A stretch of DNA of 29,668 nucleotides from a virus (Duplodnaviria; Caudoviricetes): the IMG/VR virus record IMGVR_UViG_3300035527_000232, positions 1-29,668 of that record; one strand, written 5' to 3'. Below the pieces are notes generated by a model. That model was not told the DNA's origin and did not search any database. It saw nothing but the letters and a program-made list of their open reading frames with translations. Shown in pieces: positions 26,217 to 29,668 of the stretch; position 1 is the first letter of the stretch, and each line of letters opens with the position of its first letter. A program made the position numbers and the translations under genes.

Positions 26217-26684
26217 ATGATAAATATGAATGTTAAATGTAATAAAGTCAGAGTTAAATTTAAGAAACTTCATGAAGACGCAATTGTACCAAGATATGCA
26301 CATTCAACTGATGCTTGTTTTGATCTTCATGCTCTTGAGGGTGGAGAGTTACGGGCACATAGAAGTGTTCTTGTAAAGACTGGTTTGGCTTATGCCTTAC
26401 CAGAAGATTGGGAAATTCAGGTTAGACCTAGAAGTGGTCCGGCTTATAAAAATATGATTACTGTATTGAATACACCTGGTACTATTGATGAAGACTATAG
26501 AGGCGACTTGGGTGTAATTTTAATCAATCATAGTAATAGTGTGTTTAAATGGGATGCAGGGGACAGAATTGCCCAAGGTTCTTTGAAGCCTGTTTATAGA
26601 GCTGTTTTTGAGGAGGACGACTTGGGTGAAACTGACAGGGGTGATGGAGGATTTGGTTCTACGGGTATTAAGAAAATTGACTAA
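26217..26684 (+). CDS. dut: Trimeric dUTPase
   Basis: ACFDL, RPRSG, GTIDEDYRG, RIAQ, RGDGGFGSTG. Likely start ATG 26217; the ORF track starts at 26184. Confidence 0.95.
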   Translation: MINMNVKCNKVRVKFKKLHEDAIVPRYAHSTDACFDLHALEGGELRAHRSVLVKTGLAYALPEDWEIQVRPRSGPAYKNMITVLNTPGTIDEDYRGDLGVILINHSNSVFKWDAGDRIAQGSLKPVYRAVFEEDDLGETDRGDGGFGSTGIKKID

Positions 26685-26699
26685 GGAGGAACTCGAAGT

Positions 26700-29668
26700 A
26701 TGACGTTCATTAATAATTTTCAGAAGGAAATATGGGAAAATAAGTATAAATATAAAGATGAAAGCTATGAAGGGTTTTGTGATAGAATAGCTAAAAATAT
26801 ATTTCCTGATGATGAAGATAAATGTAATAGATTAAAAGAATCTATAATGAGTTTTAGAACCTTATTTGGAGGAAGAATTAATTCCAATATAGGTATAGAT
26901 GAGAAAGGTCTTACACTATTTAATTGTTTTATAGAAACAACACCAAAGAATCCAGATTCTCTTGAAGGTATATTTGAGATGGTTACAAATTATGCTCTTA
27001 CACTGAAAACTGAAGGTGGTGTCGGTTTTTGTGCTAATTTCTTTAGACCTTCTAAAACCATTATTAGAAAGATAGGTGTAACTTCCCCAGGCCCAATAAA
27101 GTTTCTTGAAATATTTGATAAAGTTTCTGAAGTTATTACATCTGGTTCTGTATCCAAAGAAGATTGTTACCAGGGTGTTCCTTTTAAGAATAGTATAAGA
27201 AAAGGAGCTACCATGGTAACAATGAGTATAGTTCATCCAGATATAGAAGAGTTTATTACTGCTAAATCCATACCAAATAAACTTACTAAAATGAATATGT
27301 CTGTTATGGTAACAGATGCTTTTATGTATGCTGTAGACAATGATTTAGATTGGGACCTTTGGTTTCCAGATATAAATTGTGATGAATATGATGAGTTATG
27401 GAATGGTGATTTTGAAAATTGGGCAGAAAGAGGGTTGCCTGTAGTTGTTTATAAAACTGTTAAGGCTAAAGATTTATGGGAGGTGTTATTAAAATCAACT
27501 CATACACGAAACGAACCAGGCATCCTATTTATAGACAATGCTAGGAGAGATGATAATATAAATTATCTACCTAATTGTAGTGTTCTTGCAACTAATCCTT
27601 GTGTGGCAAAAGGAACACTAGTTGCCACCGATAATGGTATTGTTCCTGTTGAAAACATATCTGTTGGGGATAAAATACAAACAACTTTAGGGTTTGATGA
27701 GGTAAGGGAAATAAAAACCTATAGTAATCAAGACATTTATAGGGTTCATTTTAGCGATGGATTTTCGCAGGATGTTACTAAAGGACATATTTTTCATACT
27801 ATGATATCTGGTATAGATAGTAGAAAGAGATGGAACAATGAGAAAAGGTTACTAGATATAGATGATAATTATTTTGTTAGGAAAGAATGGTATAAAAAAT
27901 ATCCTAATTTAAATACTAAGTTGAGCAGAGATGATGGATTATTGGTTGGTTTGTACCTTGGTGATGGTTGTTATTCAAACAATTCATCTTTTAACATCTC
28001 TACTAATTCTAAAGAAGATAATTCATATATAGAAGAATTATTTATCCGTGTGGGTGGAAAATTTAGGATAGATAAAAGTGAAGGAAACTGTGTTAGGTAT
28101 TATTTAACACATAATAAACAATATTTGGATAATTTGCTTGAAACTGTTGGTATAAATACTAATGGAAAACAAATATTTTTTGAGAAATCTTTGAATACTA
28201 ATAAAAATTTTATTTTAGGTTTAATAGATGGTTTAATTTCTTCAGATGGTAATGTTAATAATACTGGCAATTATCCACAAATTAGATTTTCTAATACTAA
28301 TTTTGATATACATACATTACTCAAACATTTGATGTTATTTATTAAAGCAGATTACAAGGTGTATAAAAGGAAAATACATCATAGAAGTGAAATAAACGGA
28401 AGATTTATAAAGGCAAAAAAAACAATTTATACAGGCGTTATTGATAACGATTCTATTTTGAATCTTTATAATGAATTGAAGTACATTAGTCACAAAGAAA
28501 AGAATGAAAAATTAAAAAAAGTTATTAAAAACTCACAATTAAATGGTGTTAGATGGAAAACTCAGATTAAAAACATTGAGTATATTGGTAAGGGTGAAGT
28601 TTTTGATTTATATGAGCCTGAAGCAGATGACTGGAACCATTGTGGTTATGTTTCTAGGGGCTGTGGGGAGGTTGTTGCCAACACGGGATTGGTAGAATAC
28701 AACGGAGAAACTATAGAAACAGGGGATGTTTGTAACCTTGGCTCATTAGTTCTTCCAAGATATTATGATATGGAAACTAAAAAGTTTGATTATGATTTAT
28801 TCAGAGAAGATGCTTTTTTGATGACAGAAGCTCTAGACAATATAATAGATATTTCTGATTATCCTATTGAGATGTATAGGCAAGCAGCAAAATTAAAAAG
28901 AAAAATAGGTGTTGGCATTGTTGGTGCTGGTTCTTTACTTATGATGATGGGCATAAAGTATGGAAGTGATGAAAGTGTAAAGCTTTTTGATAAGATACTT
29001 AGTGTGTTTATGAATTCTTTATACCAGAAATCTGCTTTATTGGCTAAAGAAAAAGGGCCATTTGCTTTATACTCTGAAGAGTTGTTGAATACTGGTTATG
29101 TAAAAAACAGTAAAGTATTAACTGAAGAAACTATTGATTTGATTAGAAAGTACGGAATTCGCAATTCTGCTCTGAGTGCAATTGCACCAACTGGCACTCT
29201 GTCTATTTTAGCTGGCAATATGTCTGGTGGATTAGAACCTGTGTTCTCAACTGAGTTTACACGCTGGAACAGAGTTGAGGGAAAAAAGGTAGATTTTCAA
29301 TATCCAGCAATACACAAAGGTGAGTGGTTTGAAACTGACTACTTTAAGAAAGAAATAATAGCTGATGAAGAAATATTATTATCAACTGATGGAAAGTACA
29401 GGATAGATAAAAACCAAGGACTTTGTAAGAGGGTTACGATAAGGGACTTTGGTTATAATGAAGCATTAAAAAACGATATATCTATAACTCCAACAGCTAC
29501 AGAGTTATCTGTCCAAGAGCATTTGAATATTTTAGGTGTGTTCGCCAAGAACATCGACTTGTCATGTAGTAAGTGTGTGGAACTTAATACAAGGATTAAT
29601 ACATCTGATGGTACTATGAAGTTACGAGACATATCTGATAACAGAAAAGAAGATACTTTTGAGCATGT
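26700..29668 (+). CDS. Ribonucleotide reductase catalytic subunit, probably class II (NrdJ-like), with two inteins; truncated by the window end and absent from the ORF track
   Basis: SD AAGGAGG, ATG 26700, frame open to the end. LFNCF, GGVG, RKGA, HPDIEEF, NMSV, EPGILFID, TNP/CGE, CNLGS, RKIGVG, IAPTGTLS, GLEP. No ATP cone. Class assignment needs the missing C terminus. Confidence 0.92.
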   Translation, partial: MTFINNFQKEIWENKYKYKDESYEGFCDRIAKNIFPDDEDKCNRLKESIMSFRTLFGGRINSNIGIDEKGLTLFNCFIETTPKNPDSLEGIFEMVTNYALTLKTEGGVGFCANFFRPSKTIIRKIGVTSPGPIKFLEIFDKVSEVITSGSVSKEDCYQGVPFKNSIRKGATMVTMSIVHPDIEEFITAKSIPNKLTKMNMSVMVTDAFMYAVDNDLDWDLWFPDINCDEYDELWNGDFENWAERGLPVVVYKTVKAKDLWEVLLKSTHTRNEPGILFIDNARRDDNINYLPNCSVLATNPCVAKGTLVATDNGIVPVENISVGDKIQTTLGFDEVREIKTYSNQDIYRVHFSDGFSQDVTKGHIFHTMISGIDSRKRWNNEKRLLDIDDNYFVRKEWYKKYPNLNTKLSRDDGLLVGLYLGDGCYSNNSSFNISTNSKEDNSYIEELFIRVGGKFRIDKSEGNCVRYYLTHNKQYLDNLLETVGINTNGKQIFFEKSLNTNKNFILGLIDGLISSDGNVNNTGNYPQIRFSNTNFDIHTLLKHLMLFIKADYKVYKRKIHHRSEINGRFIKAKKTIYTGVIDNDSILNLYNELKYISHKEKNEKLKKVIKNSQLNGVRWKTQIKNIEYIGKGEVFDLYEPEADDWNHCGYVSRGCGEVVANTGLVEYNGETIETGDVCNLGSLVLPRYYDMETKKFDYDLFREDAFLMTEALDNIIDISDYPIEMYRQAAKLKRKIGVGIVGAGSLLMMMGIKYGSDESVKLFDKILSVFMNSLYQKSALLAKEKGPFALYSEELLNTGYVKNSKVLTEETIDLIRKYGIRNSALSAIAPTGTLSILAGNMSGGLEPVFSTEFTRWNRVEGKKVDFQYPAIHKGEWFETDYFKKEIIADEEILLSTDGKYRIDKNQGLCKRVTIRDFGYNEALKNDISITPTATELSVQEHLNILGVFAKNIDLSCSKCVELNTRINTSDGTMKLRDISDNRKEDTFEH
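27600..28661 (+). mobile_element. Intein with LAGLIDADG endonuclease (354 aa) between NP and the catalytic Cys of RNR; atypical C terminus
   Basis: Starts CVAKGT, block B VTKGH, motifs LVGLYLGDG and LIDGLISSDG, ends VFDLYEPEADDWNHCGYVSRG followed by CGE. Confidence 0.9.
29574..29668 (+). mobile_element. Second RNR intein, N-terminal start only
   Basis: After IDLSCSK, where RNRs normally continue SKT.N, the frame reads CVELNTRINTSDG, an intein block A pattern. Confidence 0.75.

Noticed and set aside
1056-27236. Numerous 60-143 aa minus-strand ORFs in the track (e.g. 10222-10653, 22531-22812, 26916-27236)
   Set aside because: They lie antisense to well-supported genes and show no recognisable motifs; shadow ORFs. 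Only 8791-8976 was kept.
1-29668. Stop-codon reassignment
   Set aside because: Genes are full length under the standard bacterial code, and TAA, TGA and TAG all occur as real stops at gene junctions.

Overview
An AT-rich, almost entirely plus-strand, tightly packed segment that reads as the DNA replication and nucleotide metabolism region of a large (probably jumbo) bacteriophage. That origin is inferred from gene content; no structural genes are in the window. Left part: DnaB helicase, DnaG primase, SSB, RuvC-like resolvase, Cas4/AddB-like nuclease and an HNH homing endonuclease. Right part: DnaX-like clamp-loader ATPase, intein-containing family A DNA polymerase, dUTPase and a ribonucleotide reductase with two inteins, which is absent from the ORF track because it runs off the window. 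Between them lies a ~14.5 kb soluble glycosylation island: 2 GT4, 3 GT2, 2 SAM methyltransferases, 2 hexapeptide acyltransferases, a Gfo/Idh/MocA oxidoreductase, a DegT aminotransferase and a degenerate KdsC-like HAD protein. The island also holds a divergent ThyX-fold gene and an inserted C5 DNA methyltransferase/HNH pair. Most notable: (i) the island as a candidate DNA (or virion) glyco-hypermodification system; (ii) an RNR intein at the catalytic cysteine that ends in Ser-Arg-Gly instead of His-Asn; (iii) an integron-like gene cassette (two attC-like hairpins around an inverted small ORF) with no integrase in view.
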